A stretch of 64,000 nucleotides of DNA. Source: Camelus ferus. Taxonomy: Eukaryota. Position 1 is the first letter of the stretch; each line of letters starts with the position of its first letter. A program made the translations under genes and the position numbers. Positions 39,475-54,787 of the stretch are shown piece after piece. The stretch is taken from positions 120,530,001 through 120,594,000 of the forward strand of contig NC_045696.1 in NCBI RefSeq assembly GCF_009834535.1. The letters run 5' to 3'. A model generated the notes under the pieces. The model searched no databases, was not told the origin of the DNA, and saw only the letters and a list, made by a program, of their open reading frames with translations.

Positions 39475-39748
39475 CTAGGGAAGAGGAGGAAGTGGTGAGA
39501 CCCTTGAAAGGAGGAGGGGCAGGACCAGTGATTACTGGCTGACACTCATCTTTTGCATTAGGAAGAGAGATTTTTCTACAATAGCATAAAATTCATTGCA
39601 AAGTATTAACGGCTGTCCCTGCCCAATGCAGATGACTTCAAACATTATAACGTTGCCAATCCCTACAATGAATGACCCTCAGTGTCACCCATGCTACCAT
39701 CCAGTGACGACCCTCTCCCTTGCAGCGGGACGTGTGAAGCGCTCGTCA

Positions 39749-39916
<168 letters not shown>

Positions 39917-40350
39917 CTAGAGACAAAAGTCAACTGTCAGAGGTAACTGAAGACACGAGAGATAGGTTATGTACGTCTTAGGGACATCTTCCTTAGGGAG
40001 TAGAAGATGCATTTGCTTCGTATCATTCTGAATAAAGAAGCAAAGCCTGTCCAGCTTCCTAAAATTTTCTGTTTGGAATAAGAAGGACCCCAACCAGAGG
40101 AGAAAAAATCTTTCCTACCTTTGCCCCAACAAAGCACCTTTAAAAAGGAAAGTGTGTTTAAGACGGTGATGTTCTTTTTTTTTAATCTGTGCTTTTCCTG
40201 ATTAACCTGGATTTTACTGGGGTTCCAGAGGGACACGAGCTGGCAAGCACAGGCGGCAATGGCCACCTCCCACTTAGTACAAAGCCCAACAACTGTCATG
40301 TGTGGGGTGTGGGAGATGCTGCTGGCCTTTACAAGGAAAACCGGACAAAC

Positions 40351-40451
40351 CTGTGGCTCAGAGAGCGGCGGTGCGCTGCTGGCCCAGAGCGTGACCCTCC
40401 GGTCGCCCGTTTCCATGTCCCACATGGAGACCTCGTTGTTGCCCTGAACAG
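40351..40451 (-). CDS. PIK3R4: PIK3R4 exon ([34 protein letters not shown]), 101 nt
   Basis: ccctcag acceptor, gtttgt donor, phase 1/0. Confidence 0.95.
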
Positions 40452-40743
40452 CTGAGGGAGACAGAGGCCAGAGCGTTACTCAGACAGGAGGGCTGCCGTC
40501 CCAGACACCACGTCTGGGTAGGTCCTGCTAGTCAGCCAGGACCCACGTCCCCATCCTCCCATCCCGCAAGAAATGCTCACTAGCACTAAATAACACCGTG
40601 ACCCTGTCACCGGACTGGAGTGCAAAAAAGAAACATTTTTAACAGCCTACTAGGAAGTATTTACTAGTGTCCAACCAAGTGGAGAGAACTGTAGGGTGAA
40701 AAGCAAAGCATAAACAGATTCTGCCCTCAAGAAACCTACAGTC

Positions 40744-41031
40744 GGGAACTATATTCAGTATCTTGTAGTCACCTATGATGAAAAAGAATATGAAAACAAA
40801 TATGTGTATGTGTATGTATGACTGAAACATTATGCTGTACGCCAGAAATTGACACTACATTGTAGACTTTACTGTATTTCAATTTAAAAAAATAAAATTT
40901 AAAAAGAAAAAGATACCTACAGTCTAACAAAAGAATAGATATAACTGAACAACTTTGCTGTACACCTGAAACACTGTAAATCAACTATAGTTCAATTTTA
41001 AATTAAAAAAAATTTTAAATATAAAAAAACC
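40744..41031 (+). mobile_element. Two tandem short L1 3'-terminal fragments
   Basis: each ends in ...tcaattt plus an A-rich tail; bounded by repeats of cctacagtc. Confidence 0.85.
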
Positions 41032-43613
41032 CCTACAGTCTAGAAGAAAAGAAAACAATGAGTATATGACGATGAGCACAAGAAGAAAGAAGTTCCACCT
41101 GCACCTGAGTAAGGAAAAGGTCACACCCAGGGGGTAGGAGTCCCAGCCGTGACGTGGATGGAGGTGGTGTCCCCGGACCGTCGCAGGTGACACGGACAGA
41201 TCGGGGCACACGGTCACGCCTGAGGGAGGAAGGCTCTCCGGGTGCTGTGGTCTGACGGGCGCTCACGAGGGACGGGAAGGAGGTGGGGAGGCGAGCAAAG
41301 GGAATGGAACCTGCGGGCCTGGGGCAGACGTCCTCCCTCAGTATGTCTGAGCAGGGAGTGCTAATCCCTCACTAATATTTACTGAAACCACAATCAGCAT
41401 TTGCTACAACTCAGTCACTGTCCTACGCACTGAGGAAAAGGCAAATAACGCAAAAAAGATTCACTGTTTCATGGAACTTGCATCCTAGTGGGGACAATAC
41501 CCCCCACCCCCAAAAAAGAAAGGCCCTGAAGCAGGAAGGTGCTCAGGTGAAGGCAGCCAGGAAGCTCGCGGCTAGGCAGATGGAGTCGTGGCCACCGCCC
41601 TCAGGCTGACCGCGTGGATGGCTCACAGGCCCCTGGGCCCTCTCCTTCCACAGGGGTGGGCCTGTGGGCGCTGCACGATGGCCCCAAAGGGACCCAGGCC
41701 CTACTCTCTGGAGCCTGAGTGTGACCGTCCTTACCTGAGCTGCAGCGTCTCCTAGAGTGGCACTTAGTGAGCCCCTAGTGCCACCCCAGCTGTCCTGGAA
41801 GAAAGGCAAGCCGGCCCGCAGTGAACCCAGATACTACAGTGCAGGCTCTGAAGATGGAGGGCCAGGAGCCAAGGCCGGCCGCCCTCGGAGCAGGAAAAGG
41901 CACAGCTCCCTGGAGCCTGCGGGGGAGGCGGCCTGGCTGCCGCCTTGATTCCGGCCTAGGGAACTCACTTCCAACGTGTGGCCTCCAGAAGAGCTAGGGA
42001 ATGAATGGGTGTTGTCTCCGGGTCCCAGGTTTGCGGTGACTGCAGCAGTCAGAGGAACTGACACGGGCCACGGGAAGCCCAGGGGGAGACCACGGTCAGG
42101 TCAGTCACCTCACCTCCAGCCCTGCCCCTCTGGAGTGGCCTCCCCTCAAACCCCAGTGACCAGGCCCCCCTGCCTCTGCCATCTGCTGGCACCAGCCCTA
42201 CTTCCCTGCACTGTGTTTTATGTCGCCACACACCACACCTTTGTAAATAGTGCCTGACCGTAAATCCTCCTCAAATTATCCTACCTGGGGTCTGTTTCCT
42301 GTTGGAGCCCTGACTGACCCAGAGGAACAGAGAGCCTCTGGGCCAGAGGGAGGCATCTGGCTGTTACCTGGACCAAGAGCCCCTGCTGGAAGGTACTGAG
42401 CAGAGGAAAGAACAGTCTTAAGAGTAAGAGCAGGGCGTTCCAAGGACGCCGTGAACAGAGACAAGAGACCAAGGCACGCTGGACTAGGGAGGCAGGGATG
42501 GAGACAGTACAAAGTGGTCAGGTTCTGGACACAGTGGAGACGGAGCATGTACTAGTGGATGGACCCCAAGTGGGATGAGAGAAGGATCACAGACGCACCA
42601 GGCTCCTTCCTGAGCCTCAAGCACAACAGCTGGCACTGAGACGCAAGGAGAGCAGACTCTTCTCGGTGGGGAGGAGGGGATATGGGGGCCTGGCGGGAAA
42701 GACAGGAAGCCGGGTGTCCAGCATGGACAGGTCAAGGTTAAGCTGGCTGCCAGACACCTTAGGGAAGACTAAATAGACAGATAAAAAAATCTGGACAAAT
42801 CAGTATTCAAAGCATGGGACTGGATGTGATCACATGGGAGCCAGTGCAGAAGGAGGAGGGGTTCAGGCCACAGCTTAAAAGTCAGGAGAGGAGGCAGAAC
42901 CAGCAAGTCAATGATCAGGAGAACCAAGACAGTGATGTCCTTGAAATCAGGCAAGGAAAGCCCTTCAGAGAGAGGAAGTGATCAACTGACCAAGTGTCAA
43001 GTCAAGTCAGGCTGGGTGACGGTCGTCGAGCCTGCGGCACTCGGTGACCTCAACAGCAGCAGCACGCGAGCGAGATGGACCGTGTGGGTGAGAAGGGACC
43101 GGAAGGAGCCCGGAGGCAGGAGGACCAGTGAGGAGACGTAGGAACAGTGAGAGCTGCTGTGTGTCGAGCCCTAGCCGCGCCAGGCTGTGCACCACACGTC
43201 ACATCTCCAAGTTCTTACAACTCTGCTATGTAAGCACTTTTTACCACACTGCACAGTGGAGGAAAGTGAGTTTCAAAGACTTGTCTGAGGGTTTATATAA
43301 GAAAATGTAAACGCGCAATGAGAGAAGGAAACACAACAGAAACAGAGCCACAGACACGGCAGCTGAGAAGGATGCGTCGAGCCTTCTTAGACTTCTGGGA
43401 GGTGCCAGCAACTTTAACAGGAGGAGGGGACAGAGGAGAAGAAACAAACGGAAGGGAAATGATGGCAGACAGGGATGGATGGTGGTGGTGACCCATGAGA
43501 TTTTTTGTAAACATAAAAAATAAGAAGTGACAATGGAACATCAGTGGTGGGAACTTCTGTGATCAGAATTGAACAAAATCAAGCTCTTAACTCTAGTGTA
43601 AAATAGAACTCTA

Positions 43614-43877
<264 letters not shown>

Positions 43878-44119
43878 CTACGCTTACCGAATGGTAGCTT
43901 GTGAGCTCTGAATGCACATAACCCGGCTGAGTCACTTAGAAAAGGCTTTATTCTCAGGAAGCCATCCCCCCCAGTTTCAAACAGCAGCTTATACCAAAGA
44001 TACAAAGTGCTATCACAATGCTATTACAAAACTGTCTAATGAATGTAAATTGAAGATGAATAATTCATTCATTACTGACACTTATTAACTGACAAAGGCA
44101 CCCACCAAAAAAAACAGGT

Positions 44120-44600
44120 CGATGATTTGCTAGAAAGCCTCACAGTATTCAGCATTGTTACACTCAAGGGCTATGATTTATTACATCAAAAAGAAGCAAA
44201 GCAAACTCAGTCAAGGGAAAAGGCACAAGGACTGAAGTCCAGAGGAAACCAGGGACAATCTGCAATAATCCTGTCGCAGGGAGGTCACACAGGACGTGCT
44301 TAATTTAAGCTCCATCAAGGTGTTGTGACAGGAGATGGAAATGTCTGCTAGGGAAGCTAATTAGGGACCCGGTGCCCAGGGTTTCTTAGGGACACACTTT
44401 CTAGCACATAAACCAAATTCTGGACCTCCAGAAGGATAGCAGATGTTCAGTGTAAGCCACATGGTTACACAAAACACTTGGGCACACTGAGCCACTCTTC
44501 ATTTCTGGGGATGGTGAGAAATCTCCCAAAATCTAAGGTCCCAAGCCCCAGCCTAGGGTTAACCTTCCAAGCTTAAAGAATAGCCGTCTCAGGCCTGCTG
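44120..44600. mobile_element. MER21/MER77-like LTR remnant
   Basis: ggctatgatttattaca...aagggaaaaggcac...aagtccagaggaaaccagg...gtcacacaggacgtgcttaatt; family call from memory. Confidence 0.6.
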
Positions 44601-45812
44601 AGTGGCTTAAATGGTACTAAAATGCTGATTAATTCAAGATTTCTGTAACAAACATTAAGCAAATATAGTTCCCTACAAAAAAAAAAAAAAGAAAGAAAGA
44701 AACAGGTCGAGAGAAGACATAAATTATCATAAGTCAACATGTTCAGATGCCTTGAAGAACCGGAGGTGGTTCCAGGCGCTCAGTGACCAGCCCCTCCCAC
44801 AGTGCAGCTACCATCACACTTCAGTCATTTCCATGCGCCCTTTCCTCCAAAACAGTCTGCAGACAGGAGTGGGTGTCCAATCACAGCAGAAACTGGGGTG
44901 AATCTGCATGTCGGCCCATGACAACCCCCCCCACCGAGAGGTCTCCCACCCCAACACCGAGCAGCTGGTTGTGACGGCACAGAGCGTGTTCCTAGACTGG
45001 CCTCCAGCTCCAGGGAAAGATGAGGGCTGGCTGCCCTGCTCCGGGTCAGGGGCTCAAACAGCCGCAGGTAGTCCTGGCTCCCTCCAGAGCTACCGGGGCC
45101 ACATGCTAACTTGCTAAGTGTGTAATATCTACCCTTCTAGACCTGCCAGCGCAGGTCAGTCACACAGAAGGCAAAAAATTAGCATTTTGTATAAACTATA
45201 TAAAAACTAATAAAGGCAAGGAGAGATACTTAACAATGTCACAAATGCAAGTTAGGGGATCTAGAAACCAATACTCAAGCACCGCGGATTATAGTTCTGA
45301 AAAAGAATGCCACCTGGGAGTAAATAAACTATAGGACCTTCCAAACGGGCAGGTTCAGAGCCCTAGCAGGGAAAGAAGGTGAAACTGAAGCAGAGGAAGC
45401 AGCAAGGTCACAGAGTGCATCTTCAGCACCTGACGGAAGCGGGCAGGGAGGGGTATCCAGCCAGAACCCTCGGCTGCGCTCTCCTCCGGTGATGGCCGCC
45501 TCTGCCCTGTGAAGGAGCCCCGCACGCAGCCCCTGAGAGGATCAGCCCCATGTGAAGATGAGGAAACAGGGACTCAGAGGAGCTGTGCAGCTGGCCTGGG
45601 GTGACTGTGCCCAAGTTCAAATGCTCTCCTTTGTCAACCGGGCCCGCCGCCTCCCTGGTACAAGAGGATGCCGGCAGATCTGGTCACCATGGTAATGAGA
45701 CAGAGGCTCATTTAAGAACAAAGTTAAAGAGGTAACTGTTTCATGTGCTGGGATACTGACTTCACTCTTTCAAATCTGTTTTTAATGAAAAAAATTAAAG
45801 TGCAAGTGGCTA

Positions 45813-46226
<414 letters not shown>

Positions 46227-46279
46227 TCATGTTCTAACCACGGTCAAGTGGCCCATCAAGACAGTGACAGCTCAGCATT

Positions 46280-48080
46280 TTAAAAAAATTATTTTAGACT
46301 TACAGGGAGTTGCAAAAATAGTACAGACTTCTGTGTCGCCCTCCCCTCATGCTAATACTGCACGTGAACACAGTACATAACATAACATCCCTCAAAGCTA
46401 ACGAGGATGCCCGGCCCCACAGCAGGAAGGTGCAGGACATGGTCAGACGTCACCAGTTCTCCCACTCTGATCTCAGCTGCTCTGGCTCCACCGAGACACC
46501 GCCGGAATGTGGCTGCCCTGTCTCCTTCGTGCCCTCTACCTGTGCCCACGCCATCTTGCTGGAGACTAGTTGTTAGTCATCTCGTAAACGTGCCCCTTCT
46601 GGGTTTGCCTCCTGCGCTCTCAGTCTGGGCCTTCCTGGGCAGGAGACCACCAGGGGGACGTGACTGTCCCAGCGCCCAGATGAGGGGGCAGTGCTGCTGG
46701 TGCCACTGGGGTCAAGGGAGCGACCCGGGTGGTGTCTGCCAGGACTCTCCCCTGTACACTGGGCACTTCTCCATTTATACTACTCTGTTTCAGACTATGC
46801 AGAAACCTGTTTCCGTGTACACCTCTGCCGGCTGGCTTCAGGCTCCGTGGACAGGCAGGCCCGTGGTGCGCTACTGATGACTGTCGGCCTCTCTGGGTCC
46901 TGGCTTCGCTGGGTCCTGCACTCATCCAGCTCTCCTGTAAGGAGCAGCTGTCCTTCTCCATCAGCCTGTCTGTATCAGCGTGGACTCACAGTCGGGACCC
47001 AGTGCTTATTCTGTTGCTCTGGCTGCACCATTGTGGCCATGGGAAGCGACCAGGTTGGCTCTAACGCCCTCTCAGTGTGCTTTTGTGGACCACTTCCCAA
47101 CTTTCGGGCATCACGAGATGCCCCAGACTCATCTTGCATTGTTCCTGCCCCTGCTCTGGAATCAGCCAGGTCTCCGAGGAGCCCCGGTTCCTTTCACTGG
47201 AGATGGCATTTAGACCCAGGTCTGTGAGCAAAGTGCTCGCTGCTAGTGGAGTGCCTGTGTCTGGTCCATCTCGATGACCAGAAGGATGTTAGGTACACCA
47301 CCCTCGTGCCCGCAGACAGCCTGTTTCTGTGTCTTTGTGCATGTACACACACAAGTGAGTCACGCTGACACTGAGTCCACATCAACATCTATCCGGCACA
47401 GGGTCCACCGCAGCCAGCCCCCTTGCCCTGACTGTAATCTGCTTCCTCCGCAGTGAGGAACCTGGCTCTCATGACCTGCAACACACTTACTTCTCAGTTC
47501 AACCCCAGTAGACAAACCAAGCAGTTCTGGAACCATCAGACCACAGTCCCGTGAAAAACCACCAACTAGAAACAGCGTGCAAGCTCAGTTCCTTCTATCA
47601 TTAGCCTCACCGGAGCCAACTGACGACTGTTCTCCAGAGTCATTCAGGGGGCGCCTTCACTCCCCCAGCTCGTCCCCGGGGCGGAGTCATCCGTACAACT
47701 GACCTCTCACCCCATTCTCCCCCATATCCTGGCTGGTTGGTTTTTTTAATCTCACATACTGTAAAATTCACTTTTTTGTGGCATACGGTTCTCTACATTA
47801 GGACAAACGCATTTCACATATCTTCCCCCATAGACCACACAGAACAATTTCACACCCCAAGCTGCGTCCTGGGCGGCCCCTGTGGGGTCAACCCGACCCC
47901 TACCCCAACCTGCGGCAACCCCGGATCTGTTCTCCTCCCGAGAACTTCATGTTTTCCAGAATGTCATATAATTGGAAACTTTCAACATATAGCCTTTTAG
48001 ATCTAACTTCTTTCATTAGAAAAAAGGATTTAAGAGTCATCAATGTTACTGCATGAATCAATAGTTTATTCCCTTTTATT
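46280..48080 (-). mobile_element. Ancient L1MC/MD-type 3' remnants
   Basis: ttagacttacagggagttgcaaaaatagtacag; catactgtaaaattcactttttt...; ttttccagaatgtcatataattggaa; boundaries approximate. Confidence 0.6.
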
Positions 48081-48284
48081 ACTGATAATAAAATAAAAAT
48101 AAAACTACTACTGAGGCCTTTGTAAGCCCTGTTCTAATGTATGGGTGCACCTGTCTTTCTTACACTGAAAAGAACACCATAAACATTCTGGCGCCTCCTC
48201 TGCCTGCCTATGCTCTGGGGGCCAGCCCCTTTTTCACTGCACAGCGCGCCTCTGCACACAGTGCCACTTTAGACTCACTAAGCG

Positions 48285-48447
48285 TCAGCCGACAGTTTCT
48301 CTGAGGAGCCAGGTAGTAAATATTTCGGACTTTGCAAGGCACATGCACCCCTACTGCAAGTTCTTTATTTTTTTAATGACCCTTTGAAAATGCAAAACCA
48401 TTCTTAGTTTACGGGCCACACTGCAGCCTGTAGCTCGCTGACCCCTG
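48285..48447. mobile_element. MER58-like hAT MITE
   Basis: gccaggtagtaaatatttcggactttg...aaaaccattcttag...gctgacccctg. Confidence 0.65.
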
Positions 48448-49878
48448 TCTGAGGCAAACAAGTATATTTACATTCCAATACCGGCCACGTTCCCTAGAGT
48501 GATGACAGGAAGTCCAAATGCCAAGTAAGTGGTGAAAAGATGCCAAGACCCTAATTATTAAGAGCCGGGCAACAGCCAAGCCTGACTGAAGGAAGGACAC
48601 TTCCTGAAGGGACCCCGCTGTCAGAAGGCAAAAGCTGACCCCCCTGCACAGCCTCCCACCCAGGCAGCCAGTGCTGCCTCTGGTGAAAACAGTAATGCTT
48701 GCAGTGAAAGGTGCATCTCGTGCACACAACGTGCACATCACTGCCAGCAGTCGCCACGCACCGCGGGCTGTCGGGAGCTCTGCTCTTTCACACAGACTCA
48801 ACAGGTACGGGCTACACGGTCACCCTCTGCTGAAAGGACCTCAAACAACACTGGCAGGCAATGATTTTTTAGTTAAAGGTCATTACAGTGTGTCCGGGAC
48901 AAAAGTGGCCCAAATCTGTGTAGTGAGTGTGTTAACAGATAACATGTATTTTAACTGCAATGGCAAAATAAAATCATAAGCAAACGATAAAACAATAAAA
49001 GCAAGTGATGCAATCCCAGCTGAAGCATCCCACCCCCTCTGCCTTAGCTGCCTAACGGCCACGACTCAGAATCCACTCAACCACCCGCTCACACTGCCTT
49101 CTTCCTGGGGTCCGGCACCCCCCCCCCGGTCTCACCCCACCCCCCAGGCCGTCCTCCCTGTCCCCCCACCTGCTGGCCCTGGCCCTGTCACACGGCACAC
49201 CATCACACTGCACTGATGTCATCTGTCCACCGGCCTGTCTCTCCCACTGGGCTGTGGTTTCCTGGAGAGCATAACAATTCTCATGTCTGGAGTCTTTAAT
49301 GTGTAACACATCCCAGTGAGTTGAAAAACTGTTCTGCCTGATCTTAAATATCTTACTTTGCAAGTGTTTAATCTGCAGGCAACCACAATTTGTAAGAAGT
49401 GGAGGAAATTCTTAAATAACACCAGCCAGTACTTTGTTTTTAAAATGATAAGCAAGTCATCTGACTGCAAATCTCTGCCCCGTGTTCCCATCCACTTCAG
49501 AGGTTTCACCACCAAGCAACAAAATACTGACAACACTGGAGTCTTCTTTAATGACGAACACTCACAGTGCCACCACCAGCCAGCCAGAGCCGCGACGGGA
49601 GATGTAACAATAATTAGGTTACTCAGACAGATTCCAGACTGGGACGGGCCACAAGTTCAAAGCTGCCCTTCTGACCTTTTGACAAATTCGCAGAAAGTAA
49701 GCACGCAGACAGTTTCCTGAAACTATGTGTGATGGATCTGAGCTGGCAACACAATTTTTTTCATGTGCTTAAAAAGAGAAGCACACTGTAATGAGCCCTC
49801 AGCTGACCCAGACTGTACTGGGGGGAAGTTAAATTACTCTGGTGCACTAAATGCAGTTGAAAAACCACAAAGCATAAC

Positions 49879-50031
49879 GGGGGGGGGGGGTGTAGCTCAG
49901 TGGTGGAGCATGTGCTTATTAGCAAGCACAAAGTCCTGGGTTCAATCCCCAGTGCCTCCATTAAAAAACAAATAAATAAACCTAATGACCTCTCCCCTCC
50001 AAAAATTTTTATAAATAAATAAATAAATAAA
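49879..50031 (+). mobile_element. vic-1-type SINE about 50 nt from a PIK3R4 donor
   Basis: tgtagctcagtggtggagc...gggttcaatccccagtgcctcca plus (taaa)n tail. Confidence 0.85.
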
Positions 50032-50084
50032 ACATTATTTTTGAAAACAGACAATGGTGAAAAAACACAAAGACAGACAGATAC

Positions 50085-50249
50085 CTGCTTTGCAGAGGAT
50101 GAATTTTAGGGGACTTGGGCAGCTTAGACGCCTCGACCGCAAGCAGCTGGACAGCCCCGTTATCAGACGCGATGGCCAAGTAGTGGGACCCCTGGCAGAA
50201 GGTGAGCGTCTTGACACGTCCCCCAATGCGGCCGTATGTGAGAACAGAC
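50085..50249 (-). CDS. PIK3R4: PIK3R4 exon ([24 protein letters not shown]...KIHPLQS), 165 nt
   Basis: ggcag acceptor, gtatct donor, phase 2/2; inside ORF 50009..50344. Confidence 0.95.
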
Positions 50250-52149
50250 CTGCCGAGAGAAAAAGAAGGCTGCATTTCCCAAAGCCACAGGAGTGTTATT
50301 ACTGTGGATATTAAACAAATACCCACACGACGATTAGCGAACAAACAGTACTACCGACTCTGAGGTCCGTTTCACATTTTGATCGCATCACAAAAACTAC
50401 TCCCCCTCAAAAGCGCTGGTATAAAATCACCTTTCCTTCTGCTATTTTTAAATGACCCTCTTCACACACTTCCGTCCGACCAGAGGCAGGCTGCTCCTCG
50501 TCCGACTGTACTGTGGTCCTGGTCCAGCTCTTCCTCCTCCTGCGCTCCCTTCCCCCACTCCTGCCCCTTCAGTTATTTACTCTGCAGTCCCCAGATGCAA
50601 CTGGTTCCACTACTGCCTGCCCTCAGACGATCTAGGTGGAGCCACGTACCCCACTGGGTCTCAGCTGACTCATTTACAAAGCAAGGACGGCCCGAACCAT
50701 CTAACTGGGATGTAGTGAGGCTCAAACACAGAGACCAGAGACATTCATTAATGCACAATATTATCATCATATTCTGTACCCCCAACACACGTGCCAACCC
50801 CCTAAGCTGTCTGTCCTTCTCTAAATTCACTGCAAACTTCTTGAAGACGTGAGCTTCAGAGAGGGCCTCCCGCCATCACAGGTCCCCCTTCATTACCCTC
50901 CACGAGGGATGCATGCTCACCCTTCTACAGGATCATGACCCTGAAAGGTCACGAGGTCCTAATCACCAAATTTATTCACCTCTATCTTTTATAACTTAAG
51001 TTAATATTTTTTAAATATACAAAAAACATTAAAATACAGACAATAACACAGAAAAGTCAAAATGCTTATAATTCAAATACCCCGAGAGGAACACTTGTAA
51101 TATTCTGTTACATATCCTTCCAAAGAGATTTCTATACATATGACAATATATTCATATTTGCTTCTTAAATAAATATGGGATCACATTTTATGTATTTTTC
51201 TTAATCAGGCCTCTCTAGTACACTTTTTCTTAACAATGGCTTTGCTGAAATACAATTCACATACCATAAAGTAGAACATTTTAAAGTGTGCAATTTAGTG
51301 ATTTTTAGTTCAGCAACAGAATTCTGCGAAATCATCAGTATCTAATTCCGTAACATTTCATCCTTCCCAAGAAACCCATCTCAGACCCGTGAGCATCCAC
51401 TCCCAGTCTTCCCCTCCCCCAATCCCTGGAAACAACAAATCTGCTTATACTTCCTATGAATTCGTATTTCAAATAAATGCAGTCACACATTAAGGCCCTT
51501 TTGTATCTGGCTTCTCTCATTGAGCGTGGTATTTTCAAGGCTCACACAAACCCTGTGACAGTTGTGTATTACTATCCCATCAACTGGGTACACCACAGTT
51601 TATCCATTCATGAGTTGATGAACCTCTGTGTTGTCTCCGCCCTTCAGTGGTTATGAGTAATGTTGCTGTGAGTACTTGTGTGAGTCTTTGTGTGGACGTG
51701 TGTCACACACACAGCCCGCATGGCAGGCTAGTGAGCCAAGGACAAGGCAGCGGGAGAGACAGGGATGTCAACGTGCTCCATCGCTCACACCTGCTTGTGA
51801 CTGCTCTCCCTTCTTTGATAGTAGACATAATTTACATACCATAAAATTCACCCTTTGTGAGCAAATAAAGGGATTTCTAAGCTTTGTAACCATCACCATT
51901 ATCTAACTCCAGAACATCACCCCAAAAAGAAACCCTGTACCCACCTGCATTCACTCCCCAAAGCCCCAACACCTTACCCCGCCAGCTCACGGGAACCACT
52001 GATCTACTTCTGTCTCTGGATCTGATACTGGACGCATCATATGAACAGAATCACACAATACCAGCTAGGCTTTGGATCACATTCCTTCCCCTTAGTGTGT
52101 TTCCAAGGTTTATCCATGCTGTAGCATTCATCAGTGTTTCATTCCTTTC

Positions 52150-52522
52150 TATTTTTAAGTATGGTCAGTTTACAATGTTGTATCAATTTCTGGTGTACGG
52201 CACAATGCATAAGTCATACATACATACACATATCCCTCTTTATATTTTTTCATTATAGGTTGCTACGAGATAGTGAATATAGTTCCCTGTGCTATACAGT
52301 AGGTCCTTGTTGTTTATCTATTTTATATATAGTAGTTAGTATCTGCAAATCTCGAACTCCCAATTTATCCCTCCCCACCCTCTTCCCCCCTGGTAACCAT
52401 AACTTTGTTCTCTATGTCTGTGAGTCTATTTCTGTTTTGTAAATAAGTTCATTTGGATCTTCTTTTTAGATTCCATATATAAATGATATCATACGGTATT
52501 TTTCTTTCTCTGGCTTACTTCA
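52150..52522 (-). mobile_element. Younger L1 3'UTR fragment
   Basis: gtcagtttacaatgttgtatcaatttctggtgtac...gaatatagttccctgtgctatacagtagg. Confidence 0.85.
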
Positions 52523-52868
52523 AAGAGCTGTCAGACACTCTGGTTTCCACTTTTTGGCTATTACGAATAATGCTGCTATGAACACTAGCGGGTAAATTTT
52601 CATGTGAACAAATGTTTTCTGCACGGTCACAAGGCAGCTCTCTGTTTAGTACCTGAGAAACTGCTGCACCATTTTACATTCCTGCCAGCAATAAAGATGT
52701 CGATTCCTCCACATCCTCCCAGCACTTGTTCCTGTCTTTGATCACAGCCATTCTAGTGGGCGTGCAGTGGCATCTTCTCACCGTGGCCTTGATTTGCATT
52801 TCCCTAACGACTAAGGATGTGGAATAACTTTTTTGTATACTTACTGGTCCTCTTTGGAGAGACATCCA

Positions 52869-53054
52869 CAGTCACCCCATGGTATCCTGGGGGACTAGTT
52901 CCACGACCCACCCTCTCCATGGATTCCAAACTCAGTGGATGCCCAAGTCCCTGAGTCAGCCCTCTGGCCCCAGGGCTCCACGCCCATGAAGATACCCTAT
53001 CTGAGGGTGTCTGACTCTGCGCACGTGGAACCCGCAGCCAGGAAGGGCCAACTG
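52869..53054. mobile_element. MER2-like Tigger MITE
   Basis: cagtcacccc...ggatgcccaagtccct...gggccaactg terminal inverted repeats. Confidence 0.6.
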
Positions 53055-53639
53055 CATTTGAATCCTCCACTTCTCAACTTGGTTTTTTTTTTGTTTTTTT
53101 ATTGTTGAGTTGAGTTCTTTATACAGTTGGGGTACTTAAACATACGATTTAAAAATATTTGTTTCATTCTCTGGGTTGTCCTTGTACTTCCTTGATAGTG
53201 TCCTTTGAAACACAAATGTTTATAATTTTGATGAAGTCTCATTTATTTTTTTCTTGTCACTTGTGGTTTTGATGTTGTATTTCAGAAACTCTTGCCTAAT
53301 CCAAGGTCATGGAGAATGACATGCTTCTGTTTTCTTCTAAAAGTTTTACAGTTTGGCTCTGACATTTTGGGTCCATGATCCACTGTGAAGAATTCTCTGG
53401 GAACTCATTCTTTCACAGGTGGACGCTCAGTGACCCAGCACCGTCTGGTTCAGGCCATCCTTCCCCCACTCATTGCCCAGGAACCCGTGTCAGAAACAGT
53501 GACCATAAATGTATCCCTGCATGTCGATTCTAGCCCACTGATCCTTACGTCAGGAACACAGTGTCTTGATTTCTGCAGCTTTGTAGCAAATCTGGAAGGG
53601 TGAGTTTTCCAACTTGGTTCTTTTCTTTCAAGACTTTTG

Positions 53640-54787
53640 CAAATGGGACCTAATTAAACTTATAAGCTTTTGTAGAGCAAAAGAAACCATAAACAAAGCA
53701 AAACAACAACGTACAGAATGGGAGAAAATATTTGCAAATGATGCAACTGACAAAGGCTTAATTTCTAGAATATATAAACAGTTCATACAACTTAACAAAA
53801 AAAAAAAAAAAAAAAAAACACCACCCAATCTGAAAGTGGGCAGAAGACCTAAACAAGCAATTCTACAATGAAGAAATACAAATGGCCAATAGGCACGTGA
53901 AAAAATGCCCAATATCGCTAATTATCAGAGAAATCCACATCAAAACTATAATGAGGTATAACTCACACCACTCACAATAGCCATCATTCAAAAGATGATG
54001 AACAATAAATGCTGGAGAGGGTGTGGAGAAAAGGGAGCCCTCCTACACTGTTGGTGGGAATGCAGTTTGGTGCAGCCACTATGGAAAACAGCATGGAGAT
54101 TCCTCAAAAAAGTGAAAATAGACTTAACCAAAGATACAGCAATCCCATTTCTGGGTATATATCCAGAGGTAACCCTAATTCGAAAAGATACGTGCATCCC
54201 AATGTTCTCAGCAGCACTATTTACAACAGCCAAGACATGGAAGCAACCTAAACGTCCACCAACAAATGACTGGATAAAGAAGTTGTGGTATATTTATATA
54301 ATGGACTACTACTCAACCACAAAAAAGAATAAAATAATGCCATTTGCAGTAACATGGATAGATGTGGAGTTTGTCATATTAAGTGAAGTAATAGGCCACA
54401 AAGAGAAAGAAAAGTAACATGCTATCACTCATATGTGGAATCTTTAAAAAAGAAAAACAAAGACACTATGAACTCATCTACAAAAGAGAAACAGACTCGC
54501 AGACACAGTAAACATCTTATGGTTATCAGGAAAGGGGATGGGAAGGGATAAATATGGGAATTTGAGATTTACAAATGTTAGCCACTATATATAAAAATAG
54601 ATTTAAAAGAAGTAAGTTTCTGCTGTAGAGCCCAGGGAACTATGTTCAATACCTTGTAGTAACATTTAATGAAAAAAATATGAAAATGAAATATGTATAT
54701 GTATGACTGGGGCACTGTGCTGCACACCAGAAATTGATACAATGTAAATGATTGTACTTCAATTTCTTTTAAGAAGGTGCAAAAAAA
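53640..54787 (+). mobile_element. Young 5'-truncated L1 (ORF2 C-terminal zinc-knuckle region plus 3'UTR)
   Basis: ORFs 53614..53871 (KWDLIKL) and 53995..54417 ([18 protein letters not shown]). Confidence 0.95.

Noticed and set aside
46407..47227. 156-aa and 178-aa ORFs in a PIK3R4 intron
   Set aside because: They lie in GC-shifted ancient L1 3' remnants and have no coding-like features.
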